Shown in pieces: positions 9,120 to 17,633 of a stretch of DNA of 64,000 bases. Each line of letters opens with the position of its first letter. Position 1 is the first letter of the stretch. The notes beneath the pieces were generated by a model. It saw only the letters and a list, made by a program, of their open reading frames with translations, did no database searches and was not told the origin of the DNA. Origin of the DNA: a virus (lineage: Duplodnaviria; Caudoviricetes). The position numbers and the translations under genes were made by a program. The stretch is from the IMG/VR virus record IMGVR_UViG_3300031414_000005, one strand, 5' to 3'.

Positions 9120-9216
9120 CCAACCGTCCGGGTTGTCTGCCTATGAGCTGGCGTGTCGCCTCGGGTTCACGGGTAGCAAAGAGGAATGGGTTGCGATGCT
9201 GAAAAGCGGCAGATAA
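9112..9216 (+). CDS. 34-aa microprotein made of one tail fibre repeat
   Basis: Hand translation MSDQPSGLSAYELACRLGFTGSKEEWVAMLKSGR; GGAG RBS; start overlaps the end of the upstream gene. Confidence 0.65.
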   Translation: MSDQPSGLSAYELACRLGFTGSKEEWVAMLKSGR

Positions 9217-9260
9217 CGTCATCCCTCAGGAACAAATTCCCGTTAAGCTGGAGAAGAAAG

Positions 9261-9563
9261 ATGAGTAAGAAAAGTACCACACCAAAAACCATCACCATTG
9301 ATATTCAGTCACCGGATGACCAAGTGGGGAAAACCCTCTTGACTGCGGCCATTGTGGAACTCATCCAGGTGGCGGTACCGGGCAAAGAAATCGTGGTGCA
9401 TAACCAAGGTCGTGATTTGGAGAAAGCCATGGCGTTTCAGAAAGAACAGCCGTTGCTGAACCACATCCGTGCTGAGCGCATTGTCATTAATGACATGAAC
9501 GCCAAGCCAAAGCGTACCAAGGTGCAATACACCGTGGAAGAAACCTTCACGTTTAAGTCATAA
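9261..9563 (+). CDS. hypothetical protein with P-loop-like QVGKT motif; paralog of 3669..4016
   Basis: See alignment under 3669..4016; GGAG RBS. Confidence 0.65.
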   Translation: MSKKSTTPKTITIDIQSPDDQVGKTLLTAAIVELIQVAVPGKEIVVHNQGRDLEKAMAFQKEQPLLNHIRAERIVINDMNAKPKRTKVQYTVEETFTFKS

Positions 9564-9573
9564 GGGGTGAAGT

Positions 9574-9918
9574 GTGGGACTGGATATTGATTTTTATTGG
9601 TTTGCGAAAGAAGAAGTGGTGGTTGATGAAACGGGTGTGTTGACAGAAACACCGGCCCTAAAAGTCTCTTCTCTTAGCTACCGAAAGTTCTGGCCTATTT
9701 TTCCTTTAATGCGTGAAGTGGGTGTGGAATTAGAAAACCTCACCTACCACCGACTAACCGAAAAACAACTTCGTGATTTCATTGGGTTATTAGACCGTGA
9801 AGCGGCGAAGTTTGTTGAAGGTTGGGAAATCCATGCAACAATAGCGCGTGAGATAGAGGGTTACTTGCACCAAAGTGATTTCGCCTCTGAATGCGTTGCT
9901 ATTATTGTCTCTCAGTAG
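9574..9918 (+). CDS. hypothetical protein (MGLD-type family), paralog of 9928..10281
   Basis: MGLDIDFY..YRKF vs MGIDITIY..FRKY; GTG start. Confidence 0.7.
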   Translation: MGLDIDFYWFAKEEVVVDETGVLTETPALKVSSLSYRKFWPIFPLMREVGVELENLTYHRLTEKQLRDFIGLLDREAAKFVEGWEIHATIAREIEGYLHQSDFASECVAIIVSQ

Positions 9919-9927
9919 GAGTGTGTC

Positions 9928-10281
9928 GTGGGAATTGATATCACGATTTATCAGGTCGATAAAAAGGAAATACCTTCGCTGTCCGAGGGTGCCCGCATTG
10001 TTCGGATTAAAAACCCGGACAGAAGCCTGTGTGAAATCGGGGAATTCCGCAAGTATTTCCATGCGGTCGCCGAGGTCATTGGTAAAACGCCAGAGCTGAG
10101 TACCAGTCAATTCGAATTTGTGCTGTTTACCCCGGAGTTATGGGGACGTATGCGAAAGGCGTTAGTGGACGGGAAATGGGGTACATTACTTATTCCCTAT
10201 GCCGATAAATTCATTTGTGATGTTGACCAGTTCTTTGCTGAATGCGACGAAGACAGCCAACTCCTTTTCTATTGGGATTGA
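9928..10281 (+). CDS. hypothetical protein, paralog of 9574..9918
   Basis: AGGAG RBS, GTG start. Confidence 0.7.
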   Translation: MGIDITIYQVDKKEIPSLSEGARIVRIKNPDRSLCEIGEFRKYFHAVAEVIGKTPELSTSQFEFVLFTPELWGRMRKALVDGKWGTLLIPYADKFICDVDQFFAECDEDSQLLFYWD

Positions 10282-10283
10282 TT

Positions 10284-10508
10284 ATGTTAAATAAACCATT
10301 TGGGCGGTATCATTTCCCCGACGGTATTACGGTCGCTGAACTCAAAGCGGTATTAGCGACCGCACCGGAAACAGACCCCGAAGGACGCCCACTGAAAATC
10401 CGTATTGTTACGGACGGTTCAGGTTGGTCAAACATTCACGTGGTGTCGCAGTTCGCTGCTGAGCGCAGTGAACTAGAGATTCTTTTAGACGGCGCAGAAC
10501 CGGAGTAA
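10284..10508 (+). CDS. hypothetical protein
   Basis: Follows the upstream stop; operon packing. Confidence 0.6.
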   Translation: MLNKPFGRYHFPDGITVAELKAVLATAPETDPEGRPLKIRIVTDGSGWSNIHVVSQFAAERSELEILLDGAEPE

Positions 10509-10510
10509 TT

Positions 10511-10801
10511 ATGTCTACTGAACACAAGCCTATTAAAGCCGCGATCGGGATTATGTACCGTGACCAGTTGCAAATCGGTAAACGTCTGCGTGGGTCTATT
10601 CCCGCAGAAGGTAATAACGCAGGTGGTCAAATCGACACCAGCGGCCTTACCAAAATCGAAATGCACTCCACCGGCGCCTATGTGGAAACCCACACCGGTT
10701 CGCGTTATTTCGTGCATCCGGGTTCACAGACCTGGGAACCGCCAGTGTCTGAATCCCGGCGGGTGTATGAGTTGTGGGAACTGGTTGACTTTAAGGAGTA
10801 A
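10511..10801 (+). CDS. hypothetical protein
   Basis: GGAG RBS; motif YVETHTGSRY. Confidence 0.7.
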   Translation: MSTEHKPIKAAIGIMYRDQLQIGKRLRGSIPAEGNNAGGQIDTSGLTKIEMHSTGAYVETHTGSRYFVHPGSQTWEPPVSESRRVYELWELVDFKE

Positions 10802-10804
10802 GCC

Positions 10805-11194
10805 ATGGGTTGCTTTGATTCTTTCAAGGTGGGTGAGAATAACAAACTTAACTTACCTGTACCCAAGGACGAATACCAAACTAAAGACTTAGGTAAAAAT
10901 CTGATTCTTTACCAAATTGGTGACGATGGAGTAATAAAACCGACAGAGTGTAATGCCTGGCAGGGTGAATTCTATTTGGATGAAGATGAAGCCCTTGAAT
11001 TCAAATCCGGACATTATAACGGGATCATCGTGCTGTACGGCGACCTCGCGGATGGAACCTGGAAAGAATACATGCTGGTTATTGAAAACAGCAAGATTGT
11101 TTATATCTGGGATCATGGCGAAACCCTGTATACGGATAGCCCGGATTCAGAACAGAGGTACCGCGATTTAGTCAACGCACATCTCGGCCTTTAA
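10805..11194 (+). CDS. hypothetical protein (MGxFD-type phage family)
   Basis: MGCFDS..EYQTKDLG..L..Y.I pattern; AGGAG RBS. Confidence 0.7.
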   Translation: MGCFDSFKVGENNKLNLPVPKDEYQTKDLGKNLILYQIGDDGVIKPTECNAWQGEFYLDEDEALEFKSGHYNGIIVLYGDLADGTWKEYMLVIENSKIVYIWDHGETLYTDSPDSEQRYRDLVNAHLGL

Positions 11195-11235
11195 TTACAG
11201 GAGGGGAAACCCTCCTCTTTTCAGGAATATTTCTA

Positions 11236-11901
11236 ATGGCAAACCTGTATTTTCGTTACAGCACCATGAATGCGGGTAAATCCGCGCACCTGATTCAGGC
11301 GGCGTTTAATTACCTGGAACAAAACATGAGGCCGTTGATTGGTAAATCGTCGACGGACACCCGGATACTGAATAAACCAGCAGGTGTCACCGGGGTATAC
11401 GAAGCCATCGGTCAGATCGAGTCGCGGGGTGGTGGTAATATCGCGTGTGGTTTGTTTTCCCCGACACAAGACCTTTATCAGTGGGTGCTGGACCACGGTG
11501 GGAATTTCTTACCCGGTGTGAGCATGGTCAATTGCGTACTGATCGATGAAGCCCAGTTCCTGACTCCTGAGCAAGTGGACCAGTTATGTAAAGTGGTGGA
11601 CGTCCTGAATATCCCGGTGCTCTGCTACGGTTTGCGTACGGACTTCCAGGGTAAGTTGTTTCCTGGCTCTGCGGCGTTATTAGCCAATGCAGAGAAACTC
11701 TCGGAAATAAAGACCCTTTGTAACTGCGGCTCCAAAGCCACGCATGTCGTGCGGGTTGACAAAGACGGTCAAGTATTACAGGACGGTGCACAGGTGGTGA
11801 TTGGTAATGACAATTACATCAGTGTGTGTCGCCGACATTTTAACGCAGCATTGGCAGGAACGTACAAACCATGTCCACTGAAAAAGATAACACTGGATTG
11901 A
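11236..11901 (+). CDS. tdk: thymidine kinase
   Basis: YFRYSTMNAGKS, LIDEAQFL, YGLRTDFQGKLFPGS, C.CG.KAT and YISVCRRH. Confidence 0.97.
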   Translation: MANLYFRYSTMNAGKSAHLIQAAFNYLEQNMRPLIGKSSTDTRILNKPAGVTGVYEAIGQIESRGGGNIACGLFSPTQDLYQWVLDHGGNFLPGVSMVNCVLIDEAQFLTPEQVDQLCKVVDVLNIPVLCYGLRTDFQGKLFPGSAALLANAEKLSEIKTLCNCGSKATHVVRVDKDGQVLQDGAQVVIGNDNYISVCRRHFNAALAGTYKPCPLKKITLD

Positions 11902-12257
11902 ACCCCTGTGTTGAAGTCGTTGACAAATCGGCGGATAACACCCTGACCCTGCTGGATGGTTGGTTGACGGTCACCAGTACCCCGCACTTACCGATGACGC
12001 TGTCCGATCAGCAGCAGGAGGTACTGGGTCTGTTAATGAACTGCACCGATCTCCACCCCAAAGTGCGGGTGAAAGAAGTGAAACCCGAGCCGGTGATCGA
12101 TGAAACAGAGCGTAAAGCCCAAGCGGCACGTTCTCTGGTGTATGAACGTTACTTACGTGGCAAACCCAAACTGACCGATGTGCAGAAAGGGTTACGGAAG
12201 AAAAAGTCGGACGTTAAAAGTAAACGCCGTAAGGCTATCTTGAAGAGGCACAAATAA
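11871..12257 (+). CDS. hypothetical protein with basic KRRK..LKRHK tail
   Basis: Ends KKKSDVKSKRRKAILKRHK. Confidence 0.7.
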   Translation: MSTEKDNTGLNPCVEVVDKSADNTLTLLDGWLTVTSTPHLPMTLSDQQQEVLGLLMNCTDLHPKVRVKEVKPEPVIDETERKAQAARSLVYERYLRGKPKLTDVQKGLRKKKSDVKSKRRKAILKRHK

Positions 12258-12461
12258 ATGCATGAGGATGATGAAATCATCGGTATCGACACCGGTAAAG
12301 AACTTACCATGGTGAGTAAAACCAACATAGTGACAGATTGGCATCACGCTTTCTCTTACGAGCACCGCCAGGCCTACGGTAAGTCTGCTACACCGAAAGT
12401 GCAGAACAAAACCAAGGTGAAAGCCAAGCGTCGCAAAACGGTGTTGAAAAAACACAAGTGA
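12258..12461 (+). CDS. small protein with basic KRRK..LKKHK tail
   Basis: Ends KTKVKAKRRKTVLKKHK. Confidence 0.65.
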   Translation: MHEDDEIIGIDTGKELTMVSKTNIVTDWHHAFSYEHRQAYGKSATPKVQNKTKVKAKRRKTVLKKHK

Positions 12462-12468
12462 GGTTAAC

Positions 12469-13053
12469 ATGTCAAAAGAATCGAAACCTATTTTCCTGCC
12501 TAAATTAACCACGGTGTACGACATGGACAAAGTAGCTGAAGTGGAACGTGAGATCATGCTTTCGTTAACAGAAAAACGGGGTTTTGAAAAACCCGTGATG
12601 AACATTGTTAAAGGTCGTGATCCCAGCAAGTTACACGAGTTCCACCTGATACGCCCGTTGAACGGTCCTGACTTCCATTTGCGTTGGGCTCAAGAACTGC
12701 TTCGTAACGGTGGTAAGGTGATGTGCATGGATACCGAATTGGGTTTGTCAGATGAAAGTCTTGCCCGGATCAAACGCGCTGCTGACAAACTCGAAATCGA
12801 CGTGGCCAAGCCCAAACGCATCGACCATGTTGGACCGATGACGATCCCGAAATGGGTTGACTCGTTTCTTGACATGACCCCACCGGTAGTAAAAGAACAC
12901 CCAACTGGCGAACCCGGTCCGATGGAACAGTCTGAACCAAAGGAATGGAAGCGAGTGCGGGGTCAGTGGCAGTGGGTGACCAAAAACAAAACGGGTAAAC
13001 ACACCCTGGGCAAAGCGGTCAAGCGTAAACACCGTCACCGTAAGGGGAGGTGA
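12469..13053 (+). CDS. hypothetical protein with basic tail
   Basis: GAGG RBS; ends GKAVKRKHRHRKGR. Confidence 0.75.
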   Translation: MSKESKPIFLPKLTTVYDMDKVAEVEREIMLSLTEKRGFEKPVMNIVKGRDPSKLHEFHLIRPLNGPDFHLRWAQELLRNGGKVMCMDTELGLSDESLARIKRAADKLEIDVAKPKRIDHVGPMTIPKWVDSFLDMTPPVVKEHPTGEPGPMEQSEPKEWKRVRGQWQWVTKNKTGKHTLGKAVKRKHRHRKGR

Positions 13054-13054
13054 T

Positions 13055-13243
13055 ATGGAAGATACCCCACGTCTTGCAGCTTGGTACGAAGCGATGCGCG
13101 AGTTTACGACCACCCCTGCTGAAACCATCGATAAGAAACGATGGAAAGAAATCGTGCCGGATTTGTTCAGCCCCAGGAAAGGGGGGAAACATGCCAAAGG
13201 TAAGGCTACGAAACGTAAACGTCGCCACCGGAAAGGAAAGTAA
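13055..13243 (+). CDS. small protein with basic tail
   Basis: GGAGG RBS; ends GKATKRKRRHRKGK. Confidence 0.7.
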   Translation: MEDTPRLAAWYEAMREFTTTPAETIDKKRWKEIVPDLFSPRKGGKHAKGKATKRKRRHRKGK

Positions 13244-13245
13244 TT

Positions 13246-13410
13246 ATGGCAAAGCGTAAAGCCAGCGTTATTCCAATTAATGCTGTGCGACTAATCAAAC
13301 CCCCGATCTCACGATTGGGCGGTCCGTGTGATTTCGACAGGGATATTGATATTCTCGGTCGGATTGTGGTCTATACCGATGGTCAATGGTGGGGTTGGTA
13401 TCCAAAATGA
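13246..13410 (+). CDS. 54-aa hypothetical protein
   Basis: Hand translation MAKRKASVIPINAVRLIKPP...GQWWGWYPK; fills the gap and overlaps the next start. Confidence 0.55.
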   Translation: MAKRKASVIPINAVRLIKPPISRLGGPCDFDRDIDILGRIVVYTDGQWWGWYPK

Positions 13411-13628
13411 ACGAAACAATTTCGATTGCTATATTGTCACTGTTCGGTGTTATCACACTGATTGGTATGTTGTACAGCTCCGCAACACTCTGGACACATG
13501 ACATCAACCAAGAGTCAAAAGCGGTAATGAAAGTCGCCCGGCGTCACTCGTCATACTGGATGTTACTCGCACTGGTTGTCGCGTTGCTGATGGGATGCCA
13601 CATTTATTATTTTGGACAACTCAAATGA
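13407..13628 (+). CDS. small two-TM membrane protein
   Basis: Two hydrophobic stretches. Confidence 0.65.
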   Translation: MNETISIAILSLFGVITLIGMLYSSATLWTHDINQESKAVMKVARRHSSYWMLLALVVALLMGCHIYYFGQLK

Positions 13629-13840
13629 ATCACCTTCAATTGTTTGGCGGAATCGGGATCGGTGTTCTTATCGTCCTGATTCTTTATACCCTGTACCTGG
13701 TGTTTTCCTATATGGCGAACCATGCTGCCGGTGATCGCTTCACCGCGCGTAAAATCAAGCGCCGTATCAACTGGACCGCCATCGCGTTGGTGGTTGTCAT
13801 GATTGCTGTACTCACCCCTACTTTTATCTGGCCGAGGTAA
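13625..13840 (+). CDS. small two-TM membrane protein
   Basis: Two hydrophobic stretches; ATGA overlap. Confidence 0.65.
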   Translation: MNHLQLFGGIGIGVLIVLILYTLYLVFSYMANHAAGDRFTARKIKRRINWTAIALVVVMIAVLTPTFIWPR

Positions 13841-13845
13841 CTTAA

Positions 13846-14253
13846 ATGCCTGAACACTTCACGTTGCGTTCGCTGAACTCGTTGGATCACTATGTTCATT
13901 TACTGCGGGGTAATCGTCGTCGCGATACGGCGGTCATCGATCAGCGTGAGCTTGGATACCTGGCGTTGCGACTGTACGAAGATCACTTAATGGACCCCAT
14001 CCTGTTTACCCAGGCTGCGGTGAACATGGGTTGGACGTGCCATGTTTACAACGGGGTGCCACAAGTGCAAGGTCCAGGGTTCATTTATCGGTTGCGTGAC
14101 GGTGACAATGATCTGGTTGCTGCACTGTGTCGCTGGTCAGTGACCATCACTGACCTCGGGCGTAAACGTCCTTGGCGTGCACGCATCATGGCCTGGCAGT
14201 TCCGTTGCCGGATTTGGGCGAACGCTCAACGTTTTCGTCGGAGCCTGAAATGA
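13846..14253 (+). CDS. hypothetical protein
   Basis: GAGG RBS; operon packing. Confidence 0.7.
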   Translation: MPEHFTLRSLNSLDHYVHLLRGNRRRDTAVIDQRELGYLALRLYEDHLMDPILFTQAAVNMGWTCHVYNGVPQVQGPGFIYRLRDGDNDLVAALCRWSVTITDLGRKRPWRARIMAWQFRCRIWANAQRFRRSLK

Positions 14254-14696
14254 TCGGTCAATGGTTACATGACCTACTACAGATAGGTACACCGGGTGAA
14301 CGGGTGATGATGATCAACCGCCTCAAAAAGGAGGACTTGGTCGGCAAGCCGGTGCGGGGTGCATACACCTACACCAAACGAGGACGCACCCGTTACTGCC
14401 GTGAACTCCAGGCCGCTGCGAATGTGTCCCGCCTGCGCAAGGTGTATCGCTATGACATCCAGGTGCAGAACGTGCTGGAGTACGGCTTCCGCATTGTACT
14501 GAAACGTGACGGTAATGAACCGATCATTATTCGGGCTTATTACTGGCAGCAGTCTGGAATCAGTGCGCTGTTCAATCACCCCTATTTACTCGGTGATGGC
14601 GATGCAGAAATAGCCAGAGTAGAGAAACGCATCCGACGTATTAACGACTCTTTGAAGGAGAAAGCCAAGTGGAAGAAGAAAAAGGCAGCATCATAG
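14250..14696 (+). CDS. hypothetical basic protein
   Basis: ATGA overlap; GGAG RBS. Confidence 0.65.
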   Translation: MIGQWLHDLLQIGTPGERVMMINRLKKEDLVGKPVRGAYTYTKRGRTRYCRELQAAANVSRLRKVYRYDIQVQNVLEYGFRIVLKRDGNEPIIIRAYYWQQSGISALFNHPYLLGDGDAEIARVEKRIRRINDSLKEKAKWKKKKAAS

Positions 14697-14986
14697 TGTC
14701 ACACGACTTCAATCATCGCGAACCTTTTAGAAAGATGTACGAGATGAAAGTCCGGGAAGACGGGTACCAGGGTACGTACGACGAGTTCACCCGGGAAACG
14801 ATGGATCGCATCAACAACTGGGGTCGGGTTGACCGCACCCATGCAGAACGTCAACTGGACATGGTGAAAGGCCGTATCAAAGGTTCAAGTGAACGTTACT
14901 GGAACGACCGAAGCCATCCCGATCGTGCTGCGGTTAAAAAGAAAAAGAAACGCCGTAAGGCAGTCATGAAACAACACCGTCGTTAA
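14669..14986 (+). CDS. hypothetical protein with basic KRRK..MKQHR tail (start uncertain)
   Basis: Ends KKKKKRRKAVMKQHRR. Confidence 0.65.
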   Translation: MEEEKGSIIVSHDFNHREPFRKMYEMKVREDGYQGTYDEFTRETMDRINNWGRVDRTHAERQLDMVKGRIKGSSERYWNDRSHPDRAAVKKKKKRRKAVMKQHRR

Positions 14987-14995
14987 GGGTGATTT

Positions 14996-15328
14996 ATGTT
15001 AGAGCGAATTCGTGCGTGGTTTACACCGACATTACCGGTCAGCGACACCGCGCTGCTTTCCTTATTGGAAGAGTACGGCATCCGCGCTGACATCACCCCG
15101 TCAGCACAACGGCTACGCGATTACACCCAAACCCAGCGCGAGGCGGTGAAAGACTGCCTCCGCACTGCGCTGGCCGAGCGGTTCCCGCTGCGGACGTGGT
15201 CCATCGCGTTGTTGCATGGTTATCTGGCGGTCGTTCCTGACCGCCATTTCAAAGAAGACGAACTGTATTACATTCTGTACTGGGATGTGGAGTCCCTGGC
15301 AGAAGCAATCCTGGCGATCAAGTATTAA
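14996..15328 (+). CDS. hypothetical protein
   Basis: Operon packing. Confidence 0.65.
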   Translation: MLERIRAWFTPTLPVSDTALLSLLEEYGIRADITPSAQRLRDYTQTQREAVKDCLRTALAERFPLRTWSIALLHGYLAVVPDRHFKEDELYYILYWDVESLAEAILAIKY

Positions 15329-15338
15329 GGACCTTCCA

Positions 15339-15656
15339 ATGTCAGACGTGTTATTCCCCGAAATGAAGAAACTGATCACCAATATCCAACGGGTGGTCAC
15401 CAGCGATGAGCTCCCCACCGCACCGATGGAGAATCTGTGCGATATCATCAACAACTACGAGTACAGCAACAGCCTACGCCGTAGCCTGAAGCGGATTCGT
15501 AATACCGCCGGGGTGCATTTAACTGACCCCGTGACGGTGATGGCATTTAACACAGCATTAAAGGAACACGGGTTGACAGACACCTGGGCGACCTATCGTC
15601 CGACGGCGAATAATAACGGGGTGCTGCGGCTACCGAACGGGATGGTAACATGGTGA
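15339..15656 (+). CDS. hypothetical protein
   Basis: AAGGA RBS. Confidence 0.65.
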   Translation: MSDVLFPEMKKLITNIQRVVTSDELPTAPMENLCDIINNYEYSNSLRRSLKRIRNTAGVHLTDPVTVMAFNTALKEHGLTDTWATYRPTANNNGVLRLPNGMVTW

Positions 15657-16567
15657 TCGATGACAAAACCGCCATCGTGGCGTTTTCAGGTGGATTGGAT
15701 TCCACCTACCTGGTGTGGAAGCTGTTGCAGGAGCGCAACGTTACGGTGGTGTATTATCTGGCCGGGCAAGGCGGGGTCAAACTGATGATGGAGTTGGGTA
15801 CCATTCATCGGATGGTTGATATTTTCAACGGGATGTGGCGTCGGGGCGAGCTCAAGGGGTCTGTGAATAACGTGCTGGTTATCCGTACCCATCACTGGTC
15901 CGCTGTCAATACGGTGGCCAAAAACCGTTGTCAGGTGCAGGCGTTAAACTGGGTAACCGGGTTTATTCCTTATTTATCGCCGAACCACCATTCTTACAAC
16001 GTGGCTTACGGGGCAGACGACACCCAGAAACACCCAGCCCTCACGGAGTACACGGACGCCTTCTTCGAGCACATGCAAATCGCCTATAACTCGTTACTGG
16101 AGATCAGTGCGGAGTTTCGCTTAGTGCGGGATCAGCGTGATGAGCATGTCCCACCGCTGGCGTTTCCGTTGCGTTCCACCACTAAAGCACAGATGTTAAA
16201 AGAGTTACCGGGTGAGCTGGTACACCTGTACTGGAAATGTGAAGACCCCTTCATTCGTCGGCTGGACACGGGGGAAGTTAAACCGCGGCGTGCAGGGATG
16301 TTTATCCAAACCAACCCGATGCGACTTGGTCATCATCCTTACACAGCGGTGTCCTGCGGTAAATGCAACACTTGTCGGTCAGAGATTGCATACCTGACGG
16401 AGTTGGGTGATGTCATGGCGCCTTACACTCACCCTGTACCGGTGCAGTTTCCGGATATACAACGCTTCGACACCTTGATGAAAAGTCCCGACATGATTTT
16501 TCACAACTATGCTTTCAATGCCCTCTTCTCCGAACCCGTAACAGTCAAAGAACCCACCACCGCATAA
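15650..16567 (+). CDS. QueC-like (7-cyano-7-deazaguanine synthase family) PP-loop ATPase
   Basis: VAFSGGLDSTY, PL...TKAQM, YWKC and SCGKCNTC Zn-site pattern. Confidence 0.75.
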   Translation: MVIDDKTAIVAFSGGLDSTYLVWKLLQERNVTVVYYLAGQGGVKLMMELGTIHRMVDIFNGMWRRGELKGSVNNVLVIRTHHWSAVNTVAKNRCQVQALNWVTGFIPYLSPNHHSYNVAYGADDTQKHPALTEYTDAFFEHMQIAYNSLLEISAEFRLVRDQRDEHVPPLAFPLRSTTKAQMLKELPGELVHLYWKCEDPFIRRLDTGEVKPRRAGMFIQTNPMRLGHHPYTAVSCGKCNTCRSEIAYLTELGDVMAPYTHPVPVQFPDIQRFDTLMKSPDMIFHNYAFNALFSEPVTVKEPTTA

Positions 16568-16571
16568 AAAC

Positions 16572-16597
16572 GAGGCCTCCTAACGGGGGCCTCTTTT
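16572..16597 (+). terminator. intrinsic terminator
   Basis: GAGGCCTCC-TAAC-GGGGGCCTC-TTTT. Confidence 0.85.
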
Positions 16598-16691
16598 ATT
16601 CGTCTCTTTTTTTTGATGTTCATTTGCACATATCTCAATATCCTTTGATGGCTCGGCTGTATTCAGTCCGGGTCGACCAATTGAGGTTTGT

Positions 16692-17213
16692 ATGCGTTAT
16701 TTCGTTGCAGATATCCACGCGGGTGATCCAAGCATTACTAAGTACCGAAAGCAGTTTGAAACGGTCGAAGAACATGATGCTATGATTTGGGAATTATTGG
16801 CATCCGCTACGAAGAATGATATCGTCACGTTTGTCGGGGATTGCTTTATTAAACCGCATACCCTGGACATCCTGCGTAAATTGCCGTTCAAAAAAGAATT
16901 AGTCGCAGGAAACCATTGTTTCGAAAAAGGGGTTCGATTCAATGATTTAGTCGGTATCATGGACCGGATCGACGGCGTGCGTAAGTGGAAGCATTTTTGG
17001 CTCAGTCATGCGCCATTACATCCCCACCACTTGCGTAACCGCCTGAACATCCACGGCCACCTTCATGAAGTCATTATCCCAGATCGTCGTTTCATTAACG
17101 TTTCTCTGGAGGCGAGCGGTTACCGGTTAGTTAGCCACGAAGAGATTCTCGATGGTTCCTACCGGACCTACAGCAAGCCTTATCAATCAAGGATCAATTC
17201 CAATGAAAGTTGA
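16692..17213 (+). CDS. calcineurin-like metallophosphoesterase
   Basis: ADIH, GD, GNH, SHAP and NIHGHLH motifs. Confidence 0.9.
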   Translation: MRYFVADIHAGDPSITKYRKQFETVEEHDAMIWELLASATKNDIVTFVGDCFIKPHTLDILRKLPFKKELVAGNHCFEKGVRFNDLVGIMDRIDGVRKWKHFWLSHAPLHPHHLRNRLNIHGHLHEVIIPDRRFINVSLEASGYRLVSHEEILDGSYRTYSKPYQSRINSNES

Positions 17214-17625
17214 AAATGTACATTTAGTGCGTGTGCCTAATACACCGCACAACCTTTCTTTACTCAAAAACGATCTCGCAGCAATGGTTGGCCATCTGGT
17301 TGGTGAAGCCCAGATCCCGACACAAGGCCGCGGCCAGTCCAGCGAAAAGTTCCGTCAGGACTTCAGCCGGGTCAATCAAGAACGTGGTTGCTTTAAGCTG
17401 CTGGCGTTCTACGCAATGATTGTGCCGGATGCGGATGGCAAAGAGTTCATTCATGTGTCAGGTGATCTTGAGGTCACTGACGGGCGTTATGGGCGGATGG
17501 TGAAAGAATTCATCGCCACCCATGCCGTCAATGCCTGGCGCATTGCCGCCCGCCTTCTATCATCAGACATTGAGAGCCAACAGGTCAATAACCTGATTGC
17601 TCTTGATTTCTCCCCGCAAGTCTAG
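17203..17625 (+). CDS. hypothetical protein
   Basis: AAGGA RBS. Confidence 0.7.
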   Translation: MKVENVHLVRVPNTPHNLSLLKNDLAAMVGHLVGEAQIPTQGRGQSSEKFRQDFSRVNQERGCFKLLAFYAMIVPDADGKEFIHVSGDLEVTDGRYGRMVKEFIATHAVNAWRIAARLLSSDIESQQVNNLIALDFSPQV

Positions 17626-17633
17626 GGGGTCAC

